A DNA stretch of 64,000 nt, taken from contig MU057560.1 of NCBI GenBank assembly GCA_013265495.1, positions 818,753 through 882,752 on the forward strand. Direction: 5' to 3'. This document shows, piece by piece, positions 49,971-63,161 of the stretch. Source of the stretch: Vicugna vicugna. Lineage: Eukaryota. The notes below the pieces were generated by a model. That model did no database searches, was not told the DNA's origin, and was given only the letters and a program-made list of their open reading frames with translations. Both the position numbers and the translations under genes were made by a program. Each line of letters opens with the position of its first letter. Position 1 is the stretch's first letter.

Positions 49971-51404
49971 CAACAATAACACAAATCATGGTTTATTTTC
50001 AGTGCAAATGATCCCACTAAATTCAATGGGAAAAAATAGACGTCTGGATGGGATGGCCTGTTTTCCTGGATATTATCTCTTTAAACACCATTAATGGTTG
50101 TGGTTCATCTAAAAAGACAGGGAAAACCAAGTGGGTTTGGAAAAATCATAGCATGGAAACATTTCGGCTAAGATGGGTTGTGACAGAGTTGCCTTTAAAA
50201 CTTCATCGTATAGCATGCGGAATCCAAAATGTTCCTCTCCTGGCCGTTCTTTTTTTTTGCAATCTAGTAAACGAAATATAGACATGGCTGGGTCATTGCA
50301 AAATGCCAAATTTTACAATTTGGGCTCAAACAAACATGAGAAAATAATTAAGGAAATTGCTCTGGAAACTGCTGACTTCAGATGAAGAATATGGAACCGT
50401 ACATGGTCTATAGATCAGCTTCTTAAAAGCTGCCTTTACAGCACATAGAGCATCTCTCAGTTTAGAACATAAGCTGCAGTTTTTACTTCTGACCTTAGCT
50501 CTCCAGGCGGCTGTGCCGGGTGCCGGGAACAGTCACGGGGAAGGCCGATTCCAAGACCCTTCACTCTTCGACTTCTCCCCCGAGACCCTCAGAGTCGGTA
50601 CCAAGGAGGCTGTGGTGGCGCTGGCTTGAGGAGACTGGGGCGCTCATCCGCTAGGCCCTGGGTGGGGATGGTTAGTGTCTAGCAGCCCAGCCTGGGAGCG
50701 AGCCCCTAACTGCTCGCTCCTCCATCCAGCAGGAAGTCAGAGCACAGCAGCGAGTCGAGCAAGGACCTCCCCTCCCAGCACTCGGGTGCCAGTGGAGAAG
50801 GCAGGCAGGGCATGGGCCGGCCGTGGGCTGGGTGGCCGGTGGCGACGCACACAATGAGGGAGCGACAAGTGCAGGGCCAGGGAGGAAGGGATGTGGCCGG
50901 CGGGGCTGCCGTGTGCACACGGGCAAACTCTCCCAGGAAGAAAGGCAGCCATCGATGAGGAGCCTTAGGAGGGGGAAGCTACTAGCTGTGGGGGATGGAT
51001 GGAGAGAGAGGGCTGGGGCAGAGGAAAGGGCAAGCACAGAGCCCCGACGTGCAAGCATCTCAGGGATGCTCGCGGCAGAGCTGCTCGTCTGGAACAGTGA
51101 GCGGGACAGTGACGGGGTGAATCCATGTTGTCCGTTACAAAGTTTTGGCCTTTACCCTGAAGGGCACGGGAAAGGATGCATGAAGTTTGAGAGCACCGAT
51201 GCCCTCAGGCATATTTCAAAAAGGTCTTTTTGGTACTGCCATGAATAAAACAGAGGAGAGGGCGGACTGGGTAATGGGTTATTGCCTGGTTCGAAGTGGT
51301 GGTCCGGGCTGGGAGCAGCGGAGGGGTGAGAGGTGCTCCCATCCCCGCATGGGGCTGGGATGTAGGTGGGTGCGAGATTTGGGGCTTAGAGCAGCTGGAA
51401 GTTG

Positions 51405-51845
51405 GAGTTGTCATGGGTTTCCTCCAGCTGCACAGCTTCAACTACAGGAATGCCTTCTCTACAGGCTCTGGAGGCTGGATGTCCGAGATCAAGGTGCGGG
51501 CAGGGTGGGTTCCTTCTGAGCCCGTGGGGGACCTGTCCAACCCTGTCCCCCAGCCTCTGGTGGTTGCAGGCAATCACTGGCCGTCCTGGCCTCGGCGGCA
51601 TCACCTGATCCCTGCCTTCGTCCTCACACGGTCTCCTCCCCGTGTGTGTCTGTGTCCCAACCTCCCTCTCTTATAAGCACACCAATCACAGAGGATTAGA
51701 GTCCCCTTAGCTCCAGTGTAAGCTCCCTTCGTCTACACTGAACTCGTCTAAGATGACCCCATCTCCAAGCACAGTCTCATTAGGAGGCACCGAGGGTTTG
51801 TCCTTCAGCCTATGAATTCGGGAAGGGCATGATCCAACCTGCGAC
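51405..51845 (-). mobile_element. MaLR LTR (MLT1C/D-like)
   Basis: 'ctctggaggctggatgtccgagatcaaggtg...gttccttctgag...ctcttataagcacaccaatca..ggattag'. Confidence 0.75.
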
Positions 51846-52054
51846 GCACTCCACAGACCTGAGAAAGGCCGGGGAGGAGCGGGTTTGGACACCCTGCCCG
51901 TTTGTGCTCCTGGTACAGATGTCAAGCACAGAGCCCAGAAACAAACCTGGACTGCAGAGGCGGGGTCCGGACTGCAGATACCAGCTCAGCAGTGAAAGAT
52001 GCACGTTTACAAAGGTGTAAATTCAGACGGAACACAGCACAGTCAGAAGAGCGA

Positions 52055-52106
52055 TTTTTTAAAATTTTATTTATCTTTAATGGAGGGACTAGGGATTGAA
52101 CCAGCA
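52055..52106 (-). mobile_element. Truncated Vic-1-like SINE
   Basis: 'ttatttatctttaatggagggactagggattgaacc' matches the 3' half of the SINE copies at 15405 and 41904. Confidence 0.6.
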
Positions 52107-52249
52107 CCTCCGTTTACTCTGGCTTCTGATTTTTTTAAATCAGTACAATGCCGCAGTGAGTGTACTTGTACGCATGTGCTTGCGTTTAAGACGTTTAATT
52201 TCTATGATGATTATTTCAGTGTGTACTTTTATTATCTACTCAATCTCTT

Positions 52250-52890
52250 CTACGGTAATTTTTGGGTTCAAAATTTCCACATCTTAATTCACTTTTGCTA
52301 ACGTATATTTCTTTCGTTTGGGTTACAGATCGCTCGTCACAGAGCTGTGTGCTGTTTTCTGTGATTTTTTTTCATTTTTCCAGGACTTGCTTACATCTCC
52401 TTTCTCATTTTTAATGTCGCTCATTTTTGCTCTTTTTTTCTTACTCGGACGGAAGGAGTTTGTCCGTTTTATTTTTCTCTACAAAGAATCAACATTCGAA
52501 TGACGTTTTTCTATTTTTCTTTTATGTGTCGCTAATATCAACCTTGACTTTCATTCATTTTTTTTCCTTCCCACTTCTTTTGGTTTATTTTCTTATTCTT
52601 TTTCTAATTCCTTAAAATCTAAAAGCGATCCTCCCCCTGCTCTTCCTCTTTCTTTCTTCTTTAACAATGAAAGCATTTACTGATACAGAATTTTTTCTCA
52701 TAAAAATTTTACGGTGATTAACGAGCTTTACTGTGAAGTCGTCATCTTTTCATTGCGTTCTAGATAGCTTGCGGTTCCTCAATTGATTTCAAGTAAAGGA
52801 GTGTTTATTCATTTCAAAATAATTATGATTTTTACATTATTTATTTCTAATTTTATTAGGTTAACATTACAGAATGTAGCCCCTAGAACC
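52250..52890 (-). mobile_element. Very old antisense L1 fragment
   Basis: T-rich sequence resembling the antisense L1 ORF2 at 5300-5850. Confidence 0.5.
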
Positions 52891-52914
52891 TCCCTTTCTT
52901 AAATATTGCCTTTC

Positions 52915-53370
52915 CCTGTGGTTTGCCATCACCTATTGATTGTTTCCCAATATCCATTCTCCTCATTTTACACAGAAATGATACTGTTATTTAGGCCCCT
53001 GGCTGCCTGGCTGAGGACTATTTTTCTCAAGATCTCCATGGAGCTGGAAGTGACCGTGTCTCTAAACGCTGGCCAGTGGATGCCGCCAGGTGTGATGTGT
53101 GTCGCGTGTTGCTCTGCACTTGCAGGGAGGAAGGGGCCTCTGCATCTCCCCCTCACGGGATGGAGGCAGCCCTCGGAGGCTCTCAGTGGACGCTGTGTAC
53201 TGAAATGGCAAAATACCGGGCAGAATGTGACTCGCTGTGACTCGCTGTGACTCGGCCATCCTACCCCTGGACTCCTTACCTGGAGCATTATGTGGTAGAA
53301 AAATCCATGTCTGTGTGGTTTAAACCACTGCTATTTTGATTCTCTTTATATATCAGCTGAACCAAAATAA
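52915..53370 (+). mobile_element. Old MaLR LTR (MLT1J-like)
   Basis: 'gactatttttctcaagatctcc...gtgaccgtgt...ctggccagtggatg' and 3' 'tttaaaccactgctattttg...cagctgaacc'. Confidence 0.55.
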
Positions 53371-53589
53371 CAAATCAACTCACCCTTAAATTTTCTATTC
53401 ATGACCATCAAATTCAACCGAGTTCTCCAGCTGCCCATCAGCCCTACAGTACTCCTGACTACTTAGATCTTGCTTTTACTGGGTGAGTAGCTCACTCCTC
53501 TGTCACATCAGACCTCCTACACTTCCTCGTCTTTCCTCATCCTCAGCTGCTGGTCTTGCCCCCGCATCTTTGAGGAAAATATGGTCAGC

Positions 53590-53792
53590 ACTTTGAACTG
53601 CATGGGTCCAGTTATAGGCAGATTTTTTTTCAGTACTAAGCACAGTGCTGTAGGATGTGTGGTTGATTTCGTCTGTTTTTGTGGAACCGTGGCTACGGAG
53701 AAAAGAGCCAACTGTGGGACTTGAGCATCTGTGGATTTTGGTACCGATGGCGGGTCCTGGAACCAGTGCCCATGGGAACCAAGGGAGGATGC
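53590..53792 (+). mobile_element. TcMar-Tigger (MER2-group) MITE fragment
   Basis: 'ttgaactgcatgggtccagttata..cagattttttt' and 'ggacttgagcatctgtggattttggtacc...ggtcctggaacca'. Confidence 0.7.
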
Positions 53793-53839
53793 ACCCAGAG
53801 GAGCGTTCCCATGCCTCACAACACACATCCAGGACACTA

Positions 53840-54420
53840 AACACTTGCCTTCACTCTTAGTCTAAGAGTGAACTCTCCACAGCCCTAAGGGAATCCACTT
53901 TGGAATTGGATTTCGTGCTCATTTGTCTACTTGTGAACATCATTATATTTTGACTAAATCATCCATCTTTTTCTCTCCTCTGTATCATCCCATTCATATG
54001 CAAACATGCTGTTATTTCTCTTACCTCAAAAAAAAAATCTCTTGACTCCACATCCCTTCCAACTACCGCTTGGATCACTGAAGTCAGTTTCTTGCCGCCT
54101 CACACTAAAGAAATGGTTCTTCTCAATCAAAGACATCAATGTCCTTCTTTTTTTTTTTTTAATTGAAGTACATTCAGTAACAATGTGTCAATCTCTGGTT
54201 TACAGCACAGTGTCCCAGACATGCACATATACATACACGTGTATTTGTTTTCATATTCTTTTTCATTAAAAGTTATTACAAGATACTGAATATAGTTCCT
54301 TGCGCCATCAATGTTCTTTTTATTGCTAAATCCAGTGATCATTTCTCCATCTTTATCGTATTTGGTGAATCAATAGCTTTTGATTCACTCCTGTCTGAAA
54401 CACTTTCTTTACCTGTTTCT
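53840..54420. mobile_element. L2 fragment interrupted by a young L1 tail
   Basis: 'cttgactccacatccc', 'catcaatg...ttattgctaaatccagtgatcatttctc...tttga' resemble L2 ORF2. Confidence 0.5.
54147..54305 (-). mobile_element. Young L1 3'-end insertion with TSD
   Basis: Poly-T then L1 tail; flanked by CATCAATGTCCTT (54134-54146) and CATCAATGTTCTT (54306-54318). Confidence 0.88.
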
Positions 54421-55416
54421 GTGTGAATATGTATCTCACGACTGTCCTCCGGTGCCTGCTGATTTGTGTTGTCATAAACCATCGTAGTCGTGAGCGCAGA
54501 CACACAGAAGGATTGCTGACCATTGGAAGACATAATCACTTTCCCCAGGGAGCTCCCCATTTGGGTGGGGAGACCAACAATGCAGGTTCAGGTTGCGGCA
54601 GCCTTGCTGCTGTTCCAGGCTGTTTCCGCGCAGCGAAAGGTCCTTGTGCTGGAGTCCAGGGAAACTTTCAGGGGAGAAATGACAGGCAAGCACGCCTTGG
54701 CTGAGCTGAAGAACTGGCTTGGAGGGGAAACTGACAAGCGGGTGTATTTAAGGGACTTTCTCCTGCCCTGCCTGGCTGGGGTGGAAGTTACTCTCGGGAA
54801 GCAGGAAGAGCCTTTGCTTAGAATATTTTGTTAGCACTTAAATGGCTGGCTGAAAAGTTGACTTCATTCTGTGTCGAGCAATAGACAGGGAGATTAACCC
54901 CCTAAAACAGGCTTTAAGAGAGGCAGATCTGAAACAGCTTAAACCTGAGTCTCTGAAAAGTGATCTGAATGTGGCCAATGATGACAAATAGGGAAATAAG
55001 TGTGATGCTATGATGACTTCACTCAAACTCATTTCTAAGTATTCGGGCTTCTGATGGGGGAGGGGACTTTGGCATCAAACAATATCGTATGGGAACATTT
55101 TGGGACGAGATAACGACCGGTGTCTGCCGTGCTTTATGAATTCAGTCGTCCTTGAGGAAGGCTCTCTTCTGCATCAAAACATTTATTAACACAGTATTAA
55201 ACAGCTTTGGTGTGGCAGAGCACACAGTGCGTGATGGGGCAAGTCTGCTCTGTGAGACTGAGTTGGTGGAAAGAAATATGCTGGCTAAGGTGACTGTGAG
55301 CTTCCATTCCTTTTAGCGTGACAGCAACAGAAAATCCCAAAGGGCACCTGGTACCAGAATGTGTAAGGCTGGGGAGAGGAGTGAGAGATTGGTTCTCCAC
55401 TCTGTCAGCAGACATG

Positions 55417-55542
55417 CTCACACTGCATCACACACAGGTGCCACGTCACACACACGCTGCATCACACACAGTGCATGACACACACACGCTGCATCACACA
55501 CACAGTACATCGTGCACATACACAGTAGACACACACGTACAT
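55417..55542. repeat. CA-rich degenerate tandem repeat (CACACACGCTGCATCACACA-like units)
   Basis: 'ctgcatcacaca' recurs three times within a CA-rich tract. Confidence 0.75.
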
Positions 55543-56029
55543 CTGGTGGTGTAGTATTCCTGAATAAATAAATGCATGAAATGGTTTAAATAATAAGAAA
55601 GAACCAGAATTTCTTGATCACTTTGCTGTGAAAATTGCATTTCCTCTTAAAACTGGAAGTCCTCCGGGGGTGAAAAACAAAAGTCAAATGGAAGAATAAC
55701 AAAGTTGGAAAAGAAACATTTATTTAAATATTAAAAGTGAATATTTGTAAATGTTCTTTTTCTCTACAGGAGTCAAAAAGTTATCCTTAAATTAGCAAGA
55801 TAAAAAAAGCGAGAACAAGAACAAAACTTGGCTCTCGTCATGCGTCCTTTAAAAGTAGATCTTCCTTAAACCAAGTATAGCATTTCGGATATTTCAACGG
55901 TTTTGTTTTGCGCATCAAGAAAACCCGTGTTACTAAAGAACTTTTAAAAATCTCTCTTAACTTACTGATGTTGACATCAAGGTAAATTGGCACCAAGCAG
56001 CGCAAAACGACGTGTTTCACAATTAGGAG

Positions 56030-56600
56030 CGGAAACCGGCAGGGTTCTCAGCTCCGGGTTGGTCTGCGTGGTTTGGCTGCTGCACGACGACCCCTCGGGG
56101 CCCCTCTGAGGAAGGTGCCCGTGAGCATCAGGACGAGCACCTGCGCCCCGAGCTGCAGCCCAGCTGCTCGCCGGCGCCCGCGCCCGGAGGCCTGCCCGGG
56201 GGTGGCGCCCAGCCCCGCCCGCCCCCGCGCACCCAAGGCCTCGGGGCCCAGCCTCCTCCCCCGCGTCCGCGAGCTCCTCCGGGTCCCGGCGGCCGGGCCG
56301 CCCCCTCCCCCGCCGAACAGCTGGGACGCGCTCACTCCTCCGGGCGCGGCGGGGCCTGCGCCGAACGGACCGCTGCTCAAAGCGTTCCCCAGCGCGGGCC
56401 TCCGAGGGGTCAGACTGCAGGACTTCGGTCCAGCCCCAAAGGCCAACAAGCGCGCGCCCTCGGGGGCCCTAAGCTCCGGCCGAGGTGCAGGGCTGGGAGC
56501 CATGCCGCCCCTTCTTGGCCTCCGGGACCGCGTGGGACAGGCAACCCCTGTGACCCTGCAGTCTGGTTGTCTGGGGCCCTCTCCGTCGCCAGGCCCACTT
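56030..56600. promoter_or_regulatory. CpG island / candidate promoter (strongest in the window)
   Basis: Very GC- and CpG-dense, with GC boxes (CCCCGCCC ~56212, CCCCTCCCCCGCC ~56302) and an ETS-like CGGAA at ~56030. Overlapping ORFs are low-complexity Pro/Ala/Gly/Arg. Confidence 0.75.
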
Positions 56601-58244
56601 CCTGCTCGGACCTGAAGGGCTGACCCCAAAGCCAAGTGGGGTTTTGGATCCTGAGCAGCACAAATGGTCTTAGTTTTCCTTCTGAAGTGTTCAGATGGTC
56701 CCTTTGCTCAGACTCAGGACACCCCTCGGCCCTCCCGCTGCAGGGGGGCCCGATGCCAGATCCCGAGGCTGCACAGAACAGCCTGGGCTTCAGCAACAGT
56801 TGAGAAACCCCCTCTGGAAAGCCTGGCCGCCCCCGACTGACGGCCATGTAGCCCCCGTTCCTGCCACCCCCCTCCTAGAAGTGTCTGGTACTGCTAAGTG
56901 AGAAAAGGCAGGTGACAAAGTTGTACCAAAACAAATTGCCTTTTTGTGGTTTATTTGTCAATAAGTAGGACATAAAGTTGTATTTCTGGAAAGAAGTGGG
57001 GAAAAAGAATCAAGACAGACATGCACTACAATGTCAGCAGTGGTTTCTCTGGGTGGTGAGTAGTGTGCGTGTATGTATATATATATTATATATAGGGGTA
57101 AGTTTTCAGCAATGTCTGTATGCTACTTTTATAACGGAAATGCATAATACGATTTACTAACGTTGGCTTTTTGTTCTGAACTCTGGGAAGAGGAGGAGAA
57201 ACTGCCTCTACACGCTAAGCAGAAGGCTTGACTTGGAGCTTAAGAGACTCTTCCGAATTAGGAATTCGGACTGACGGCTGGAACTGCAGGTGGGGAGCCT
57301 GCTCTTTTGTTTCCAGGTAAGCTTCTCCATCAGAATCACAATGATGCCTCCCAGGGAAGTGAGACCCTGAGATCCCGGACTGAATAGCAAATGCAGAGCT
57401 CACCTCCCCCACCTCAACCTAAGAAGTAACAGAAAAGAAGAAAGTCTTCCTCCTGAATGTCAATTAACACAGTTAACATAAACAGACACTAAAATGTCCT
57501 AACCCTCATTACCAAAGTAACAATTTCTGATTAAGTTGATAAAGCCTTTTTTTAACTCTTGCCTGGTATCTTTTTTCTCTCCTTCCTTCCTACATCTGGA
57601 AAATCTCAGTGGAACCTTAAGCAAGTGAGGCAATGATTTACCATTGCATTCGAATATCTGCGAATGTCTACAAGCCCAGAAAAATACAGTCCCTGGTAAG
57701 AGCCGTATTGGTTCAATGTGTTGGTTCAATCTGTTTGCTTCACTGAGTGATTCATAAGGATCAATATGGAAAACTTTGTTTTGAGTGAAATTCTTTTTTA
57801 TTCCAGTGAGTCAGATCTATCTGATTACATATGTAAGAGTATCTACTAGATTAAATGTGACACATACAAATTTATAAATCTCAATTATTTAATACATGCT
57901 AATATATAAGAAACATATATTACTTTAAATATCTCAAGAGAAGCTGTCAGGCTTTTATAGGCTTTTTTACCTTTAACTTGAGGCTTGGATCAAAGGTATA
58001 ATAGCCCATACCCTAAAAAATGCATGTCAATTGCAAATAAAGAAATAAATAAATGAATGAATAAATTATAAATATGAATAAATTATTGATAAATAATGTG
58101 GTAGCCATGATCTCTAAATGTATTTAACTTCCATGTGAGACATTTGAAAAATCAGTGCTGGAAAATGACTAAATGAGGTTTCCTTGATCAGGGTGAAATC
58201 AACATTTGAAAATCCAAAGAAAAACAAAACTTAAAAAACAAGTG

Positions 58245-58343
58245 TACAAACTACTATATATAAAAATAGATGAACAACAAGGTCCTACCGTATAGCACAG
58301 GGAACTATATTCAATATCTTTTAATAATCCATCATGAAAAAGA

Positions 58344-58381
<38 letters not shown>

Positions 58382-58460
58382 CTGAATCACTTTGCTGTAC
58401 ATCAGAAACTATCAAACATTGTAAATTAACTACACTTCAATAAAGTAAATAAATACAAAC
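58245..58460 (+). mobile_element. L1 3'-end fragment with internal (TG)n expansion
   Basis: 'aaactactatatataaaaatagatgaacaacaaggtcctaccgtatagcacagggaactatattcaatatctt...(TG)n...tctgaatcactttgctgtac...cttcaataaa'. Confidence 0.9.
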
Positions 58461-61400
58461 AAATATTACAGGAAAAAAAATGTGTCTCATAAGCTTTGCT
58501 CACACTTGTGGCAACACCTGAGATCACCTACAGCCGAGATTTCCTCTGTCATTTGCTTTGGTGGGAGGAGTTTTCCCATCGTGATGGAGGGCGACGCTCA
58601 GTCACGGCGCAGAGGCTGGGTCAGTGCCCAGGAAGGGGAGTTCATGTGGACAGAAGGCCTTGCTGAGGAACTCCGTTTTCTTTGATCATTTTTGTACGTT
58701 TGTTTGTTTTTTCCTTTACATTCAGTAGAGCAACTCTTTGCATCTGAAATGTATCTAACTTTACATTGCTTTCACACCCCCTAAACCTTTAATTTTTGTC
58801 TTCCAGCTTCTGCTCCAGAGAGTTCTCTGGCCCTGAACGCAGTTCTGGCTCTGTAAGGGCCCTGCATTAAAACCTCGCATTCGAAAGCGGAAGAGATCAC
58901 GCTCATCACAGCAAAAACAGGAGCAAATTTGTATTTTGGGTTAATCCCCATGTGTGATGTGCTATGCTTTGGGGATTCCACAGATCCTTAGAATTGAAAG
59001 GTAACCTAAAAGTATCATCTCTCCTTTTTTTTTTTTTCAATCCGACAGAAACTGTGACCCAGATTGGTGAAGAGTGACCGATGACACGAGGACAGATCGA
59101 AACTGCCCGCACTTGAAAGCAGCTGCCACTTAGCTGCCTCTTGCAGACAGATTCCTTTTACTGGAATATGGCTTCGAAGCAGGTCTGTTTCCCATTAGCC
59201 TGCAGTGCTAACGCCTGGGGCTGGGATCCCTGCCTTTTAAATTATTCCAATGCCGTGGACTTGGTCCCTGAAGTCTGAGCTGTCCGGTCAGTCTACAACC
59301 TTCGATCTCTCCAATATAAACTTTTCTTTATTACATGGTCCAGAAAAACATTAGTCCTGATAAAAAGCAGTTTCTTTCAATTAAAGACAGAAAGACGTGG
59401 GAGAGGAAAGTGAAAATTAGAAACATGGAGGAAGACACTTGAAGATCTTGGGCGAGGCAGCCTCAGGGTCCCAGCGTCCCCGGAAGCATGGAGTTGGGTG
59501 GAGGCTATTTACAATGTCTGAGAACAGAAACACAGTCTGGGCAGACGTCATTAGTCAGAGTAACATCAAGTAACAATAATAACAAAAAACAGTGATGCTT
59601 TCTGACTTAGGGAAAACTGGATTAATGCTGCAAGCTAACTTAAGTGGTCCTGATCAGGCTGTTACAACCGAAGAAGTAAAAGAGAGATTTCTGACTTAGG
59701 AGAAACTTTAAAATTTGTGTTGTTCACACACTTAACTGATCAAGGTCCGCTGTCTTGCCCTTTTTACGAGGCCAGTGGAGACCGTGTATGTGAAAACATC
59801 CAGGTTCTGCTCGATAAGCGGTGGGTGTTACTGTTGTTACCATCAGCATGACTACTTACTGTAAATTAAGGTACAATCACTGAATCTTATGAAACCACCT
59901 CTCCTCAAGGCCTCGAGAAGCAGCCTATTTCAGAGCAGCCTAAAGCTTGCTTGGAGGTGGGGAAAATGGTGCGGTTTAATAGAACAGGTCATGTGTCCGT
60001 GCGAAACATCGCCTTTCGTCTTCTGGTGCAGATTTAGCTTCCGACGCAAACTAACCCCCCTAAACTCTCCACGTCACAAATGCAAGAGCATTCTCCACAG
60101 GGACGGGGCTCAGTCCTCAGAGAGGCAGATGCACGTGACCGCTATCTACTCGGGAAAAATGAGCTACGTTTCAGCCACATGGAGTTTTGATTATGACAAA
60201 ACCCTTTCATGTGTTTTTGTAAAGATAGTCAGTTTCAGTTAATATAAATCAAATGTTCAGGGCTGGAGCCAGAGAGCGGCGTTCAGTATTCAGGGTGTGG
60301 GAGCGAGTTCCCTGCCTGCCCAGGAGGAGAACCTTCTTCTGGTTTAGGAAGGAACATTTTCTTTGTTATAGGCAGGGTTCAGACTTCGGGGAGAGAAGAC
60401 AGAAGAAGTGGAGAAGCACCCCACCGCACTGTGAGTTGATGGTGGGAACGGGGGAGGCTGCAGAGATGAGGATGGAGGTAAGTTCCAGGCACCCCTTCCT
60501 TTCTGGAGCTGGGGGCTCGGATGGAGCTTGGAGCAAATGACAACTTGTCACCGTGACCCCAGTCACCCTGGGAAAGTTCCAATACAGCAAAACCTGTAAA
60601 GGGCTGCCTCACGGCTCCGCCCTGGAGAAGCACAGCTCCTGAATGACCGAAGGGCATTTGGGAAGCCTTGCTCTGACTTACGCACAATTTGTTTTCAAGA
60701 AAATGCTCTGGCTCTTCAAATATGTCACTGGCTCATTTTAATGTCTACCCTTAAAAGACACACGCAGACTGTTAGGTTCTACTACGTCCTTCCTTCAGGA
60801 ATTTTTGAGCGCCTTCAGTGTCTGCTCTTCCGCTCACGGAGCCCTCAGTGAGGCTCACGTGGGGGCTGGGGCGGCCTCGCGGCTGGACTGCGGTCGAGTC
60901 AGCAGTCAGGGAGAGGTGTTCACTGGAGTCCCGGCAAGCACGTTTGCGTGAGGAAGGGGAGGTCCAGGCACCGAGCGCAGAAAGCAACGCAGAGCGGAGC
61001 CCCTGGCTCCTGGCAGCCCTCGCCGCTTCTGGGAGGTTCCCTGTCTGCTTTTTTTGGCAACCGGTGAGTCACTACGTACTTCCCGGTGCACGTGAATTCC
61101 CCGGCTCTGGCTTGCCTGGTAATCCCACCTCTTAGGTCAGGAACTGAATCTGTGGTCTGTTTATCGCTCCCTCTATTATCGCTCCGGACAGCTGAGGATG
61201 CGCAGGGACAGGGCGTGTGGGTCGGAGCTCTGGGGCGGCGGGGAGGTGCAAGAACGGGTGGGAGACAGAGCCGGGCTGAGACGCAGTCCTCGATCTCAGG
61301 GTGCTTATAATCCAGTGGGAAGACAAAGCCGTGGCGTGTCCAACAACTGAATGGCGGTAAGTGTCCACGGATCCCACCCGGGGTTGGGTGAGTGGTGGAG

Positions 61401-62572
61401 AGCCGGCCGTGCTTAGTCACAGACAGGCAGGAGGTGGGCTCGGAAAAGGCCAGGAAGGAAACCAGCGCTTGGGGGTGTCGAGTGCCTGCTTCTCACGGCT
61501 CCTTCAGACCTCACGATGAGGCCCCCACGACGCAAGTTGCTACCCGAAGGTCCTGTGAAGTTCAAGAGTGGCCTCTCCCCTTGGTCTCCGCCCCTCCGTG
61601 CCCTTCCTTCTTCTGTTCCTTCCAGCACACGGTGGGAGGGAGTGACAGAAATGGGTCCAAGCCTCCGCTGGTCTGACTTCTGAGCCTGAGGTCTTTCCAT
61701 AAGACTATGTCATGTACGTATCCACGGAGCATCTTCCCGAGGTTACAAAGTGGGTGCCCAGGTCCGATGGAAACCTGACGACACCGCATGGGTATTTCTG
61801 ACCTGGGAAGTCCAGGAGGCCCTGCCAGCACCATCATGGGCTCCAGAAAGCAGAAGTCCTTTGCATGAGCTTAGAGCATTTGCTCAGCCAACAATAAATG
61901 GGCTGGGAGTGAAGGCTTCTGCACTCAGCTTTCAAAGCTGCTTGGAAGGGACACGGTGGCCCTGTCCGTGGGCTCCAAGTTCAGTGCACAGACAGCCCGT
62001 CAGAGCCACCGTGGGGACATGTTCCCGATGCGGGTCCCAGGGCCCACTCTGGGCCCCTGGGACTGGATCCATCCGGGCTAATGGCTGGACGACCAGGAGG
62101 CCGGGCGGACAGCCCAGGAGGCACGCTGGTGAGAAGCCTCCGGGTTTTTTTATGTCGTCTAAGTTCACAAACAGACGGATGGGGGAAGAGTCCCGGTTCA
62201 AGGGCAGCCTGGTCTCAGGCACAGCGAGCATGTGCTTGCTCTCCCTGGATGTCCCGTCACACCTAACCCTCGCCACAGCTCCAGGGTGGAGCGGTGCTTT
62301 AATCTCAGCTTTGCCCACGAGCACGGCAGGGCCGGGCAGGGCCACGCAGGGCCACGCAACGTGCCCTCTAGAGCTGAGGCTGAACGTCAGGCCTCCGGCT
62401 TAGAATCCTCGTCCTCTACTCCCTCCCAAGTGAAGGTTAAACACAAGAGAACTGCAGCGGCAGAATAAATGAGTAATTCCCGGAAGTGCATTCAAACGCC
62501 CCGATGTACTTTTCTTTCTGCGGGTCTCTGTCTCTCGCTACGAAGTACCACACACTGGTCAGGCTGTCTCAC

Positions 62573-62672
62573 CAACATAGGAATCCCGCATGGACGCACT
62601 GGTGGAATTGGGGGCAGCGGCAGCGGCAGTGAGTGAGTCTCACTTCCCGTAGGTAAGGCTCAGCCGTTTCGC
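62573..62672 (-). other. Candidate 100-nt exon of an unidentified minus-strand transcript
   Basis: Minus strand has a strong acceptor (ttattcttcctctttctag) and a TTG|gtgaga donor. One frame is open (ETAEPYLREVRLTHCRCRCPQFHQCVHAGFLC); another reads AKRLSLTYGK-stop. No homology recognised. Confidence 0.3.
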
Positions 62673-63161
62673 CTAGAAAGAGGAAGAATAAAGAGCAGCG
62701 AAGTTTGACTTTTGCAGACAACTCGGTTTGAACTGAAAGTGAACTCCCCCTCAAATCAAACTCTAGAAATTGATTTCTCCCTGGGGGGAGAAAAACATGC
62801 TTTTGCATTGCATTGGCTTGTAGAAAGAAATGTATTAAACACGATCGATTTGAAAACGATGCTGTGCTCTTGACGGCCTGGGAGTCAACGCTGGGCTGCG
62901 CAGGAGAAGTTCGGGGAAATGCGTGGCACCGTTCACTCAGTGGACACCTTTTGAAGTCCTGCTTTGTGGCAGGCGCGTCTCTCTGACAATTTTCTACACC
63001 GTGGATCCAAGTTTCCGGGTGAGTCAGAAGTTAAAGAAATGCACATGCTCAGCTTCACAAGCAAAGATGCAGGACGTGGAAGTGTGCTCCATTACTTTTG
63101 TAGGCAGATCGTCCCTGGTGGAGTGGAGCCTGTGCTCTGGAGCCCAGCACTGCGCAGGTGA

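Noticed and set aside
53226..53254. TGTGACTCGC repeated about three times
   Set aside because: Local slippage within an old LTR.
56048..56635. 195-aa and 180-aa ORFs on opposite strands
   Set aside because: Low-complexity products of a CpG island; no domain.
57252..57270. Hairpin TCCGAATT-AGG-AATTCGGA
   Set aside because: An 8-bp stem is expected by chance in 64 kb.
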